Below the pieces are notes generated by a model. That model was not told the DNA's origin. It did no database searches and worked only from the letters and a program-made list of their open reading frames with translations. From an uncultured delta proteobacterium (GTDB lineage: Bacteria > Desulfobacterota > Desulfobacteria > Desulfobacterales > Desulfosalsimonadaceae), in contig CAWGYD010000001.1 in NCBI GenBank assembly GCA_963826785.1, forward strand, positions 768,001 to 832,000: a stretch of DNA of 64,000 bases. The letters are read 5' to 3'. This document shows, piece after piece, positions 1 to 9,756 of this stretch. A program made the translations under genes and the position numbers. How positions within the stretch are numbered: the first letter of the stretch is position 1; each line of letters begins with the position of its first letter.

Positions 1-2
1 AC

Positions 3-1013
3 AACAAGACCCGTCAGCGGCTGTATGTGGATCTGCAGAAAAGCCGCCTGGGGGATCTTCAGCGGCAGATCCCGATCAATGACAGCCTGCTGGAATCCGC
101 CCGGGCCGGGCAGTACACACCGGAAATCGTACGGGTGGTGGTGGATATCAAGTCATTTGAAAACTACAATATTTTCTCCCTTAAAAATCCCTTTCGCATC
201 GTCATCGATGTCCGCGGCGAATCCGACGGAAAAAAAACGCCTGCCCCGCAAGAGCAGGTTGAAACGGCCTCAGGCGCTGGGTGCGGCAACGTCTCCATTG
301 CCCGGCAGCTGGCTCTCGGGGTCGGCCGGATTGTGATCGACCCGGGGCACGGAGGAAAAGATTACGGCGCCCCCGGTTACCTGAAGGGAATTCATGAAAA
401 GCATGTGACCCTGGCTATTGCCAGAAAGCTGGCCGAAAGCATCCGCCGTCAGCTCAACTGCGAGGTGATCCTGACCCGGGACAAGGATACCTATCTGACC
501 CTTGAGGAGCGGACCGCCATCGCCAATACCCACAGTGCGGACCTGTTTATCTCCATTCATGCCAATGCCTCCAGAAACAACCGGGCCAGGGGGATCGAAA
601 CCTATTTTCTGAACCTGACCGCCGACGATGAATCCATCAACGTGGCGGCCCGGGAAAACGCCACCTCCCGGAAAAACATCAGCGAACTGCAGACCATTTT
701 AAACGACCTGCTCCAGAACGCCAAGATCAATGAATCCAGCCGGCTGGCCACCTATGTGCAGAATTCATTGTTCGGCCACATGTCCGGCAAATACCAGCAG
801 GTGAACAACAAAGGAATCAAGCAGGCCCCCTTCTATGTCCTTTTAGGCGCCCAGATGCCCGCCATCCTGGTAGAAACCGCGTTTATCAGCAACAAGCAGG
901 AGTGCCAGCGGCTGATGGATGCGGATTATCAGGATGCTTTGTGCGACGGCATCATCAGGGGCATACGGCAATATATGACGGAAAACAAGGCCACGGCTTT
1001 CCTGGATCGGTAG
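3..1013 (+). CDS. N-acetylmuramoyl-L-alanine amidase (AMIN + Amidase_3), 5'-truncated by window edge
   Basis: Frame open from window start; IDPGHGG, LEERTAIAN, SIHANA, ILVETAFISN amidase_3 motifs; AMIN-like RVVVD/PFRIVID. Confidence 0.92.
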   Translation, partial: NKTRQRLYVDLQKSRLGDLQRQIPINDSLLESARAGQYTPEIVRVVVDIKSFENYNIFSLKNPFRIVIDVRGESDGKKTPAPQEQVETASGAGCGNVSIARQLALGVGRIVIDPGHGGKDYGAPGYLKGIHEKHVTLAIARKLAESIRRQLNCEVILTRDKDTYLTLEERTAIANTHSADLFISIHANASRNNRARGIETYFLNLTADDESINVAARENATSRKNISELQTILNDLLQNAKINESSRLATYVQNSLFGHMSGKYQQVNNKGIKQAPFYVLLGAQMPAILVETAFISNKQECQRLMDADYQDALCDGIIRGIRQYMTENKATAFLDR

Positions 1014-1115
1014 TCCAGATGACGCATTCGGGTCTGCTTCAGTTCAAAAACCATTGAAATGACGGCGCATACATGCGCAATCGCTTAACCAAACAGCATA
1101 AACGGGACGAACGCA

Positions 1116-2486
1116 ATGGAACCTCTGCAAGCCATATCGGTGATAGACGGCCGGTATCTTCGCTATACCAAAGAACTGACGGACCTTTTTTCGGAATACG
1201 GGCTGATCCGGCATCGGGTACATGTCGAGGTGCAATGGCTGAAATTTCTTTTCAGCGAATTAAAGCTGGAGGCGGTCAGTCCCGCGGACATCGAACAGAT
1301 CGAATCCATCGCCAGCACATTTGATCCGACCGCCGCGCATCGGGTGAAACAGATCGAAGCCACCACCAACCACGATGTCAAGGCGGTGGAATACTATATC
1401 AAAGAGGAATTGCGCCGCATGGGGCTTGCGGACCTCAGTGAGTGGGTCCACTTTGCCTGCACGTCCGAGGATATCAACAACACGTCCTATGCGCTGATGA
1501 TCAAAGCCGGCAAGGACCTGGTCCGCCGCCAGGCCGCCGAAATGCTTGACCGGATCGAATTCCTGGGGGATCGGCACAAGAACCTGGCCATGATTTCAAG
1601 GACCCACGGCCAGCCGGCAACTCCCACCACGGTGGGAAAGGAGATGATCAATTTCGCCTGGCGGCTGCGACTGGAAATGGACCATCTGGATGCCCAGTCC
1701 ATCCAGGCGAAAATGAACGGCGCGAGCGGAAATTACAATGCCCATGCCTTCGTCTTTCCCGAAATCGACTGGATCGAGGCCAGCAGGCGGTTTATTACCG
1801 ATTATCTCGACCTGGCGCCGGGACTGTATACGACCCAGATCAATTCATACCACTATATTTCCCAATTGCTGCACATCCTGATCCGCATCGCCTCCACGGT
1901 CATCGACCTGGACCGGGACATGTGGGGATACATCTCCATCGGGTATTTCAAGCAAAAACCCGTGGCCGGCGAAATCGGCTCCTCCACCATGCCCCACAAG
2001 ATCAACCCCATCGATTTTGAAAACAGTGAAGGCAATATGGGGGTGGCCATCTCATTGATGGAACATCTGGCGGTCAAGCTGCTTAACTCCCGTTTTCAGC
2101 GGGACCTGACCGATTCCACCGTGCTGCGCAACATGGGCGCGGTGTTCGGCTACCTGATGATCGGATTTAAAAGCGCCGTCAAGGGGCTGGGCAAAGTCGA
2201 TGTCGATCCCGATGTCATCGGAAAAGACATCGAGGCCAATCCGGAACTGCTGGCCGAGGCGATTCAGACGGTGATGCGCGTGTACAAGGAGGAAAACCCC
2301 TATGAGAAGCTCAAGGAACTCACCCGGGGACACAAGATCACCCGTGACGATATCGACCGGTTTGTCGATTCGCTGCAAAAGGTGCCCCCCGCCGTTCGGG
2401 CGCGCATGAAAGCAATCACGGTGGGGAAATATACCGGTCTGGCCGCGCAGCTGGTGGAATTATACTGCAAAAGTATCAATCGGTGA
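1116..2486 (+). CDS. purB: adenylosuccinate lyase
   Basis: TNHDVKAVEY, RTHGQPA and signature GSSTMPHKINPIDFENSEGN. Confidence 0.97.
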   Translation: MEPLQAISVIDGRYLRYTKELTDLFSEYGLIRHRVHVEVQWLKFLFSELKLEAVSPADIEQIESIASTFDPTAAHRVKQIEATTNHDVKAVEYYIKEELRRMGLADLSEWVHFACTSEDINNTSYALMIKAGKDLVRRQAAEMLDRIEFLGDRHKNLAMISRTHGQPATPTTVGKEMINFAWRLRLEMDHLDAQSIQAKMNGASGNYNAHAFVFPEIDWIEASRRFITDYLDLAPGLYTTQINSYHYISQLLHILIRIASTVIDLDRDMWGYISIGYFKQKPVAGEIGSSTMPHKINPIDFENSEGNMGVAISLMEHLAVKLLNSRFQRDLTDSTVLRNMGAVFGYLMIGFKSAVKGLGKVDVDPDVIGKDIEANPELLAEAIQTVMRVYKEENPYEKLKELTRGHKITRDDIDRFVDSLQKVPPAVRARMKAITVGKYTGLAAQLVELYCKSINR

Positions 2487-2803
2487 TCATCAATTCACGG
2501 TGGCGATGTTCAGATGCCGCCCACGTCTCTTTCCGGCAGTTGATATTTCAAAATACTGAATCGTAAGTTAAATAAGAAACATACCCTGCAGAGTGAAACG
2601 GTATCCCCATACGAGAAAGAACCCTGAATCAGCCCCCTTAAATAATCGCTAATTTATTTTTTTTATTTGATTTAAGTTTTGGAATACGTTAAAGGTGGAG
2701 TACGTTTATCTTCAAAACATGGGTTCATTTCACGGATTGACCATTCAGAATCATGCATTTCCGGTAAAAAGCATAATCAGATGATGTGAAGGGGTATGGC
2801 TAA

Positions 2804-3196
2804 ATGGATTTTACGATTGAATTTGACAAGCAGCAGATAGAAGCAATCGAGAATATCCTTCAGGAAGAATTGATCGATCTTGGTGTTCAGAGCGTCATAT
2901 TGATGGACCTGGCCGGAAATGTGATTGTGAATCTGGAAAGCGGCGAAACCACTCATGACGTATATTCTCTGGCGGCGCTTGCCGCCGGCAATTACGGCGC
3001 CGTCAGCGCCATGGCAAACATCATCGGTGAACAGGAATTTTCGCTTCTCTTCCACAAGGGTGAGGAAGAGAGCATTCATTTCAGCAAGGTGGTGGAAGAC
3101 CTGCTGCTGCTGACAATCTTCAACAAGAATGTCTCCCTCGGCTTCCTGCGTCTCAAAGTGGCGGAGGCGGTCAAACGCATCCAACTTCTGGTCTGA
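2804..3196 (+). CDS. mglB: roadblock/LC7 protein, MglB-like GTPase-activating protein
   Basis: 130 aa, SLAALAAGNY..EFSLLFHKG..LGFLRLK roadblock pattern; directly upstream of mglA. Confidence 0.85.
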   Translation: MDFTIEFDKQQIEAIENILQEELIDLGVQSVILMDLAGNVIVNLESGETTHDVYSLAALAAGNYGAVSAMANIIGEQEFSLLFHKGEEESIHFSKVVEDLLLLTIFNKNVSLGFLRLKVAEAVKRIQLLV

Positions 3197-3304
3197 TTTT
3201 TTCAATGCATTGCTTCAATACCTGCTTTTCTCAACCTATGCTGCCCGGTCGTCTGGAATGGATATCGGCTTGCTGTTAACCAATTAGTGCTGGAGGTAGA
3301 GGAT

Positions 3305-3910
3305 TTGGCATTAATCAATCCGAAGAAGAAGGAGGTTCAGGTTAAGATTGTTTATTATGGCCCGGGCCGCGGTGGAAAAACAACCAACCTTGAATATATC
3401 AACCGCAAGTTTAAAAAGCGGATACAAAATGAAATGGTGACGGTCAAAACCTATGGCGACCGCACCCTGTTTTTCGATTTTCTGCCCTTTGACATCGGTG
3501 AAATCAAAGGACACAGCATCAAAGTCCAGTTGTACACCGTCCCCGGACAGGTCAAATACAACGCCACCCGCCGCCTGGTGCTCCGGGGGGTGGACGGATT
3601 GGTCTTTGTGGCCGACTCCATGGACCTGCGGCGGGAGATGAATATTCGTTCCCTTCAAAACCTGAAAGAAAATCTGGAAACCTTCAACAAGAACATTTTC
3701 AATATCCCCCTGGTTCTGCAGTACAATAAACGGGACCTGGAAGAGGAGGGGATTCCGATTCTGTCCATGGACACCATGCAGAAGGATCTGAACAGCCGCT
3801 TGAAAGCGCCCTATTTTCCCGCCAGTGCGGTCCGGGGAGACAATGTGGCCGCAACCATGAAAAAGATCATCGCACTAACGGTCAGTTCCTTAAGAAAGAA
3901 ACTCGAATAG
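3305..3910 (+). CDS. mglA: small Ras-like GTPase MglA
   Basis: KIVYYGPGRGGKTTNL, DRTLFFDFLP, TVPGQV, QYNKRD; TTG start at 3305 after GGAGG (alternative GTG 3287). Confidence 0.92.
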   Translation: MALINPKKKEVQVKIVYYGPGRGGKTTNLEYINRKFKKRIQNEMVTVKTYGDRTLFFDFLPFDIGEIKGHSIKVQLYTVPGQVKYNATRRLVLRGVDGLVFVADSMDLRREMNIRSLQNLKENLETFNKNIFNIPLVLQYNKRDLEEEGIPILSMDTMQKDLNSRLKAPYFPASAVRGDNVAATMKKIIALTVSSLRKKLE

Positions 3911-3922
3911 GAGGGCATTACA

Positions 3923-4657
3923 TTGGCGACGATTGAAGATGATGGCAGCCTCAACGCCGAGGTTTCCAACCGGCTTGATGAATTATTCGGTGACGAGGAT
4001 CCCAATGCGGGTTCACCACCCTCCCCAAAGAAAAGCGCCGCTCCCGTTGATCGTTCCCGTGCCGCCGCCAAATCCGATGTGCATATGGACGAATCCGCAT
4101 TCGATGATGACAAGGATTCCCCCATCAAAAACCTCAAGGCGCTCGTGTTTTCCATCGACTGGGAAATCACCGACGAGACCATGGTGGCCTTCCTGAAGGA
4201 GATCAAGCACCTTCAGCAGATCTATCAGAATGACAAGATCCTTTCCCTGTTTTTAAAACTCCATGAATCCATCGGAAAATACATCAAGGCGAAAAAAGCC
4301 CGAGCCAATCCGGATTCCATTAAACTGGCGGCCTCTTTTTACAAGAATTTTGAAAAGGTGCTGCTGACGCCGGGCATGAACGAAGTCCAGAAGAAAAAGC
4401 TGCTCTCCGGAGAGGTGAAGAAGTTCAAGGAATTCAAACAGCGGGTGCTGATGCGCGAAGGGGCCATGCCCCAGCGCGAGGATTTCGATGCGGCCGATGA
4501 GCGGATGGATGTCCGGGTGATCGAAAAGGCCGCGGCGGGCCCGTCCATGTCTTCGGATTCTAAAGAATTGGCTGATTACATCATCGAGGAGATCAGAAAG
4601 ACGATCAAGGCCGAGTTCCACACCCTGCGTCAGATCATCAAAAATCTGGGCGCTTGA
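3923..4657 (+). CDS. hypothetical protein of mgl cluster (helical, acidic linker)
   Basis: 244 aa ORF, GGAGG RBS then TTG, 12 nt after mglA stop; no recognised domain. Confidence 0.75.
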   Translation: MATIEDDGSLNAEVSNRLDELFGDEDPNAGSPPSPKKSAAPVDRSRAAAKSDVHMDESAFDDDKDSPIKNLKALVFSIDWEITDETMVAFLKEIKHLQQIYQNDKILSLFLKLHESIGKYIKAKKARANPDSIKLAASFYKNFEKVLLTPGMNEVQKKKLLSGEVKKFKEFKQRVLMREGAMPQREDFDAADERMDVRVIEKAAAGPSMSSDSKELADYIIEEIRKTIKAEFHTLRQIIKNLGA

Positions 4658-4699
4658 GTCTGATCTTTCGGAAATAGATTTTTAATCGGAGGCGGGTTT

Positions 4700-5170
4700 A
4701 TGGATGTGTTTGCAGGCGATGTTTCCAAGCTGGTGCTGAAAAGGACCGTGCGGGCCGATCTGGGCGAAGTTTCTCTGGATAGTGAAATGCTGCAGGTTTT
4801 GATGGAACTTGATGGAACCAAGACCCTTGGCCAGGTGTCCCGATCATTGAACATGAACATGAAGCATCTGCGATCCATTTTAGGCAGACTCCACAAGCTC
4901 AACCTCTGCGAAGCCGCAAAAGACTCCGTTCCCAAACTCAGCCGGGATTTCTTTAATTATCTGTCTTCTGAACTGTCCCGGGCTATGGGACCCATCGCCG
5001 ACGTGGTGATCGAGGACGAGGTCAGCGAAATGGGAGAAGACATGGCCCGGTTTCCCGCCCACCGAGCGGCCGAGCTGGTTGACCTTCTGGCCCGCCAGAT
5101 CCTGCGAGAGGAGCGTAAAGTGGCCTTTCAGCAGGCCATGGTCAAGAAGCTGCGCGACATTAAAACATGA
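4700..5170 (+). CDS. hypothetical protein, winged-helix-like N-terminus plus helical C-terminal domain
   Basis: GGAGG RBS; LMELDGTKTLGQVSRSL wHTH-like pattern; ELSRAMGPIADVVIED C-terminal motif. Confidence 0.7.
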   Translation: MDVFAGDVSKLVLKRTVRADLGEVSLDSEMLQVLMELDGTKTLGQVSRSLNMNMKHLRSILGRLHKLNLCEAAKDSVPKLSRDFFNYLSSELSRAMGPIADVVIEDEVSEMGEDMARFPAHRAAELVDLLARQILREERKVAFQQAMVKKLRDIKT

Positions 5171-5241
5171 GAAAGACGCCGTCATCTGATCTGCTGAGGC
5201 GATAGGATCAAGCTGCCAACATATAACAAGGAGGCTGTACT

Positions 5242-6420
5242 ATGACAGTGATTTGTGAGGAATGTGGGAAGGTTTACCATATCGATCCGGATAAGCTCGG
5301 TCGATATAAAGGTAAGGCCATCCGCGTTCGGTGCGGTGAGTGCGGGCACGTCACCCAGATTGCCAAGCTGCTGGAAGCAGCGGAAGAGCCTGAAGATGAT
5401 TTTGCCGAAGCGGCAGATGAGCATATGCCGTCCGCAGAGCCCGATATCGCCGAAGCCGAGGAACCCCCCGCCCCGATCGACACCCGGTCCGGATACGGCG
5501 TCCCCGAGATGAAGCGGGGCGGATTGCTGGGCATCCGGGGCAAAATGATGATCCTTTTTCTGGTGGTTCCGATTGTCATCATTGCGGGAATCGGTTTCTA
5601 CTCGCAAATGCAGTTAAACACACTGGCCAATGATATTACCGCCAAAAGTACGGAACTGGTGCTGCAGGAAGGCAAGGAAAAGCTGATGCAGAAATCCAGG
5701 GACGTGGCGCTGCAGTGCGAGATTTATCTGCGCAGCCATCCGGATCTTGAACGGGAAGATTTCAATTATGATCCTGAATTCAGGGGAATTGCCGTTCAGA
5801 CTGTCGGCGAGTCCGGATATACCTGTTTAATCCAGCAGCCCGAGCCCGACACCGGCCAGAACTGGACCATCTGGGCGCACCCCAATCCCAACATTATCGG
5901 CATTGATGACATCGACATGATCCGCAAGGCGCTGGGGCCGTATTTTGACGATTTCTTCGCCGTGCTGACCGCCTCAATGGGTATGAAAGAGGCCCAGGGA
6001 TTCTACCACTGGAAAGACCCCGATGGAAAAGTCCGTGAGAAATACATGGCCATCGCCCCTGTCCACCTGGAAGGCAAACCCTTTTTGTTGATGAGCACTG
6101 ACTATATTGCTGAATTTACGCAAAGAACTGAAGACCTGAAGGAAAATGCCGCGCAGTTGACCACAAGAACCCGCAACATCAATCTGGGTATTCTCATCGG
6201 CGCCATCATCCTGATCGGTCTGTGCATCACCATTTACGGCTATCGCTTGACCCGGAACATCCAGTACCTGACGGAAGCGGCCGACCGTATCAGCGTCGGC
6301 GATCTCGAAGCGGAAATCGAGGTCAAAAGCAAAGATGAAATCGGAAACCTGGCCGACGCGATTTCCCGGATGCAGGACAGCCTCCGGTTCTCCATTGAGA
6401 GATTGAGAAGAAGACGATAA
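5242..6420 (+). CDS. membrane sensor: N-terminal Zn-ribbon, TM, Cache-like periplasmic domain, TM, HAMP; no output domain
   Basis: CEECG..CGECG; two hydrophobic segments; VGESGYT/HPNP Cache motifs; terminal HAMP (DEIGNLADAISRM) then stop. Confidence 0.82.
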   Translation: MTVICEECGKVYHIDPDKLGRYKGKAIRVRCGECGHVTQIAKLLEAAEEPEDDFAEAADEHMPSAEPDIAEAEEPPAPIDTRSGYGVPEMKRGGLLGIRGKMMILFLVVPIVIIAGIGFYSQMQLNTLANDITAKSTELVLQEGKEKLMQKSRDVALQCEIYLRSHPDLEREDFNYDPEFRGIAVQTVGESGYTCLIQQPEPDTGQNWTIWAHPNPNIIGIDDIDMIRKALGPYFDDFFAVLTASMGMKEAQGFYHWKDPDGKVREKYMAIAPVHLEGKPFLLMSTDYIAEFTQRTEDLKENAAQLTTRTRNINLGILIGAIILIGLCITIYGYRLTRNIQYLTEAADRISVGDLEAEIEVKSKDEIGNLADAISRMQDSLRFSIERLRRRR

Positions 6421-6443
6421 CGAGACGGATGCGTTTGAACAAC

Positions 6444-6487
6444 ACAAACAGGCAATGCACTTGATATCGGGTGCATTGCCTGTTTGT
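6444..6487 (+). terminator. inverted-repeat terminator
   Basis: ACAAACAGGCAATGCAC / GTGCATTGCCTGTTTGT perfect 17-bp arms right after the HAMP gene. Confidence 0.7.
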
Positions 6488-6696
6488 TTCAAAAGCGCAG
6501 CAGATAAATTCGCTCGGTATAGGGTTGAACCTCGGTGGCCGGCCGGCGGCAAATGCACATGGTCAATCAAATTATAGATTAAAAGGGTTCAAATCGTCGA
6601 CGTTTAAGTTGAAACTGAAAAATGCCGGGTGGGGGCATCCGCTGCAGGAGCGGCGATGGACGGAGGGGGAGAGCCGAAGAAAGAGATGGCCTTAAA

Positions 6697-7764
6697 ATGA
6701 TTGTGATCCCAAAAGAACAGCCGGTAATAGAGGATTTAAACAGCTATTACCTGAGAATTGAAAAATTGTTTGAGCATTGTCAGGGGGCAATCGGTACGGG
6801 CGGTGTCTACTTCAAGGCGCCCACGGCGGAAGCGGCGGTTTTTTTTGATGAGGACAACCTGCTCAATGCCTATTATTCGGATAAATCAAGCCGATCCGCC
6901 GGTTCGGTGGCCTTCAAAAAGATTATCGAGACCGCCGAAACCAATAATTACCGAGTTTCCGTATACCAGATCATTCCGGAGAGAGTTTATTTCTGGGCTT
7001 ATCTGAATAATTCCGAAACCCTCTATGGCGATTTGAGCTCCGAGTTCACGGACCTGGAAAGCCTGATCAAAAAACTGGAGACAGAGCGGCTCACCGGTTA
7101 TCTTGAGGTGAAACTCCAGGAGAATGCCCATGGCGGGGTGCTGTTTTTTTATAACGGGGAAATCATCGGCGGTTCATCCGCCGCAGCCGAGGGAACGCTG
7201 GACCGGTCCAGAGAATACCGCGAAGTCCTGATTGCCAAGTCCCGCGAATCCAAGGGGACCTTTCATGTATCCAAAATCAATCTCGCCTCCCAGACGCCCC
7301 TGTCCAAAGCGAAAACCATTAACCTGGAAGTGCCGGCGGCAAAACCGGCCAGGGTTTCGCCGGGCAAGGCTCAACCCGCCAAATCGCCCCCCGCTGCCGG
7401 ACAGCGTTTAGCCGATCCGGCAAGAACGCTGGAGATGCTGCAGAATCTTTTCGGAATGCTGGATAAGATCATCCGTTCCAACAAGAAGATCAAGGCTGAT
7501 TTTGAAACCCTGCTGAAACAAAAATGCATGGAAAAAGCGGATAAATATGAGTTTCTGGATCCGTTTGCAGGGGAATTTGTCTATTCCAATGGAAAGATCA
7601 TCTTCACCGGGAAGGCATCCCAGCAGCAGTTGGTCACCTCCACTGTCGAGTGCGTCAAGGAGATTGTGGCCGGTCTGGGCATCACTTCCAGTTTCAGCAG
7701 GTATCTCGATTCCTGGAGAAGGGGTTTTGCCCGGGAAATCATCGATTTTGACATTGAAATATGA
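6697..7764 (+). CDS. protein with tandem DUF4388/PATAN-like domains
   Basis: Two repeats of the LxxxxxTGxxxx..xxFF.xG pattern (TGGVYF..VFFDED; LETERLTGYLEV..LFFYNGEI); ATG 6697 preferred to 6622. Confidence 0.65.
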   Translation: MIVIPKEQPVIEDLNSYYLRIEKLFEHCQGAIGTGGVYFKAPTAEAAVFFDEDNLLNAYYSDKSSRSAGSVAFKKIIETAETNNYRVSVYQIIPERVYFWAYLNNSETLYGDLSSEFTDLESLIKKLETERLTGYLEVKLQENAHGGVLFFYNGEIIGGSSAAAEGTLDRSREYREVLIAKSRESKGTFHVSKINLASQTPLSKAKTINLEVPAAKPARVSPGKAQPAKSPPAAGQRLADPARTLEMLQNLFGMLDKIIRSNKKIKADFETLLKQKCMEKADKYEFLDPFAGEFVYSNGKIIFTGKASQQQLVTSTVECVKEIVAGLGITSSFSRYLDSWRRGFAREIIDFDIEI

Positions 7765-7794
7765 TTTTGCAACTGAAGTTCAAGGATCGGCAAC

Positions 7795-8943
7795 ATGACA
7801 CCCATTGTATTGATTGTAGATGATGACTCCGCCTGGCTTCGCCTGATTCAAAAAGAGTTGGAACCCTTTTCGGATACCTTCAAGATGCTCACAGCGGAGA
7901 ATGGCAGCGCCGCTATGGAAATATTGGGCAAAACCAATATCGGCGTGGTGGTATCCGATATCCGCATGCCCGGGATGGACGGGTTTGATCTGCTGTCCAA
8001 TGTTTTGAATCTTTATCCTGATATTCCGGTTTATATGGTCACCGCCTATGACAAGCCCAAAACCCAGGACGTGGTATTTAAAAGCGGCGCCTCCGGCTAT
8101 ATGAAAAAGCCGTTTTCCGGAGCCGAACTGGCCCGGGAGATTATGCGGGCTTTGAATAAAAGAGCCGAAGGCGGCAACCTTCATAATGTTTCGCTGGATA
8201 CCTATCTGCAGCTGGTCGAAATGGAGCAGCAGACCTGCACGCTAAGGATCATCGAAAAAAAGCGAAAAAAATCGGGCGTCCTGTTCTTTCGGGAAGGTGA
8301 CATCGTCAATGCCCGGGTGGGAAACCGTCAGGGCATAAAAGCCGCTTACGATATTTTATCCTGGACCAGTGTTTCCCTTTCCATTGAAAGCGACTGCGTG
8401 ATCAAGGACAAGAAGATCAAGGGGGATCTCCAGGCCATCTTGCTGGATGCCATGCGCTCCAAAGACGAGAGTGTATCGGATGAAACCATAACCGAGGAGG
8501 CGACCGTCAGCAGTGAAATTCTGCTCGATACCCCAATTTCCGGCAATCCCAATGCAAATGGAGAAAAGCCGCCGCCCCAGCCGCAGGCAACTGCGCCAAA
8601 GCCCGATGTCGATCGTGTGCGACTCAAACCCGCGGCCAAGCCGAAGATTACGGAGCCGGATTTTGCTTCCATGACGCCGGTGGAGGCGGCCCGGGCGAAA
8701 ATCGCCAATGCGATGGGAAATAAAAGCGGAATTATCGCCGTCGATACCGATACGCACTGGGATGGTTTGATTTATCAGGCATCGGGACTGGGCGACACTT
8801 TTGATTTCGGTCAATTGAACGGACTTTTTATCAACAGAAGCGCCGATGAGCAGCTGGTGATCATACCCGGCAGTCAAACCGTGGTGGTTTCTATCAAACC
8901 GGAATCACCGCGGGACCGGATCATCAATATACTGATGGAATAG
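7795..8943 (+). CDS. response regulator receiver + DUF4388 (PATAN-like) protein
   Basis: VLIVDDD, SDIRMPGMDG, VTAY, KKP receiver; LQLVEMEQQTCTL..GVLFFREGDIVNA DUF4388-like; Pro-rich linker. Confidence 0.85.
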   Translation: MTPIVLIVDDDSAWLRLIQKELEPFSDTFKMLTAENGSAAMEILGKTNIGVVVSDIRMPGMDGFDLLSNVLNLYPDIPVYMVTAYDKPKTQDVVFKSGASGYMKKPFSGAELAREIMRALNKRAEGGNLHNVSLDTYLQLVEMEQQTCTLRIIEKKRKKSGVLFFREGDIVNARVGNRQGIKAAYDILSWTSVSLSIESDCVIKDKKIKGDLQAILLDAMRSKDESVSDETITEEATVSSEILLDTPISGNPNANGEKPPPQPQATAPKPDVDRVRLKPAAKPKITEPDFASMTPVEAARAKIANAMGNKSGIIAVDTDTHWDGLIYQASGLGDTFDFGQLNGLFINRSADEQLVIIPGSQTVVVSIKPESPRDRIINILME

Positions 8944-8958
8944 TGATACGGAAAATCA

Positions 8959-9327
8959 ATGAAAGACATATTCGAGGATATTCTGGGAATTGACGGTGTA
9001 CACGGCGCGTTCGTGATTTCAGGAGAGGGCGGGGTGACCATGAGCCGATTTTCTGCATCCTTTAAGGAAAAGGAAACCCGGATCGGACAGGCAAACTGGA
9101 GTCCTTTGATCATCGAACTGGAGGGCATTGCCGAGGCCGAGTTGATTTATGAGACCGCCCGGCTCTACGCGCGCAAGGCAGAAGCGGGATATCTTTTTAT
9201 TGTCATGGGAGATGCCGCCCCGATTTCGCTGATTCGCCTGAACTGCGATGTGCTGATCCCCGCCCTCGATCGGATGAAGCCGGCCGGAAAACGCATCAGC
9301 GCGCTGCTGAGGAAAAAAATATTCTGA
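8959..9327 (+). CDS. second roadblock/LC7-like protein
   Basis: 122 aa, ILGIDGVHGAFVISGEG..ISLIRLNCDV roadblock-like. Confidence 0.65.
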   Translation: MKDIFEDILGIDGVHGAFVISGEGGVTMSRFSASFKEKETRIGQANWSPLIIELEGIAEAELIYETARLYARKAEAGYLFIVMGDAAPISLIRLNCDVLIPALDRMKPAGKRISALLRKKIF

Positions 9328-9756
9328 TTCCCGAATCGGTTTTTCAGGAAAAGCAGCACTTATTTTCTGGATTTATGGGACGGGAATGCCACGCGTTGTT
9401 CGGCGGACGTCCTGATTTTTTAGCAACCGCAGGCCAAAGAAAAGCGCTGTGTCTGGCGGCGGTTTTGCGTGTTTAAAAAGGCATGTGATGCGGCCGGCGG
9501 GTCTTGGAAGGGTTTTTTCTTCCTTTTTAGAAACTTTTGACCGCCAGTTCGGCGCTCCTGCCGGTCGCCCTCGGTATCGAGTCCTGCAAACACCTGATTT
9601 ATGTGCGCAAGTTGGCTTCTTGTGCCGTCGGTCCCCTGCCTGTTTTGCCCCATTGTTTTTTTTCATTGAAGTCTTTTGCCAAATTATTTATCATTCCCGG
9701 GATATTCTTTAGCCAACGCTCTGGGATACAAGCAAATAAATATTGGGAGCCTTATA

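Noticed and set aside
9328..9756. Short ORFs or riboswitch upstream of pilB
   Set aside because: No protein-like sequence and no GEMM or other recognisable RNA motif
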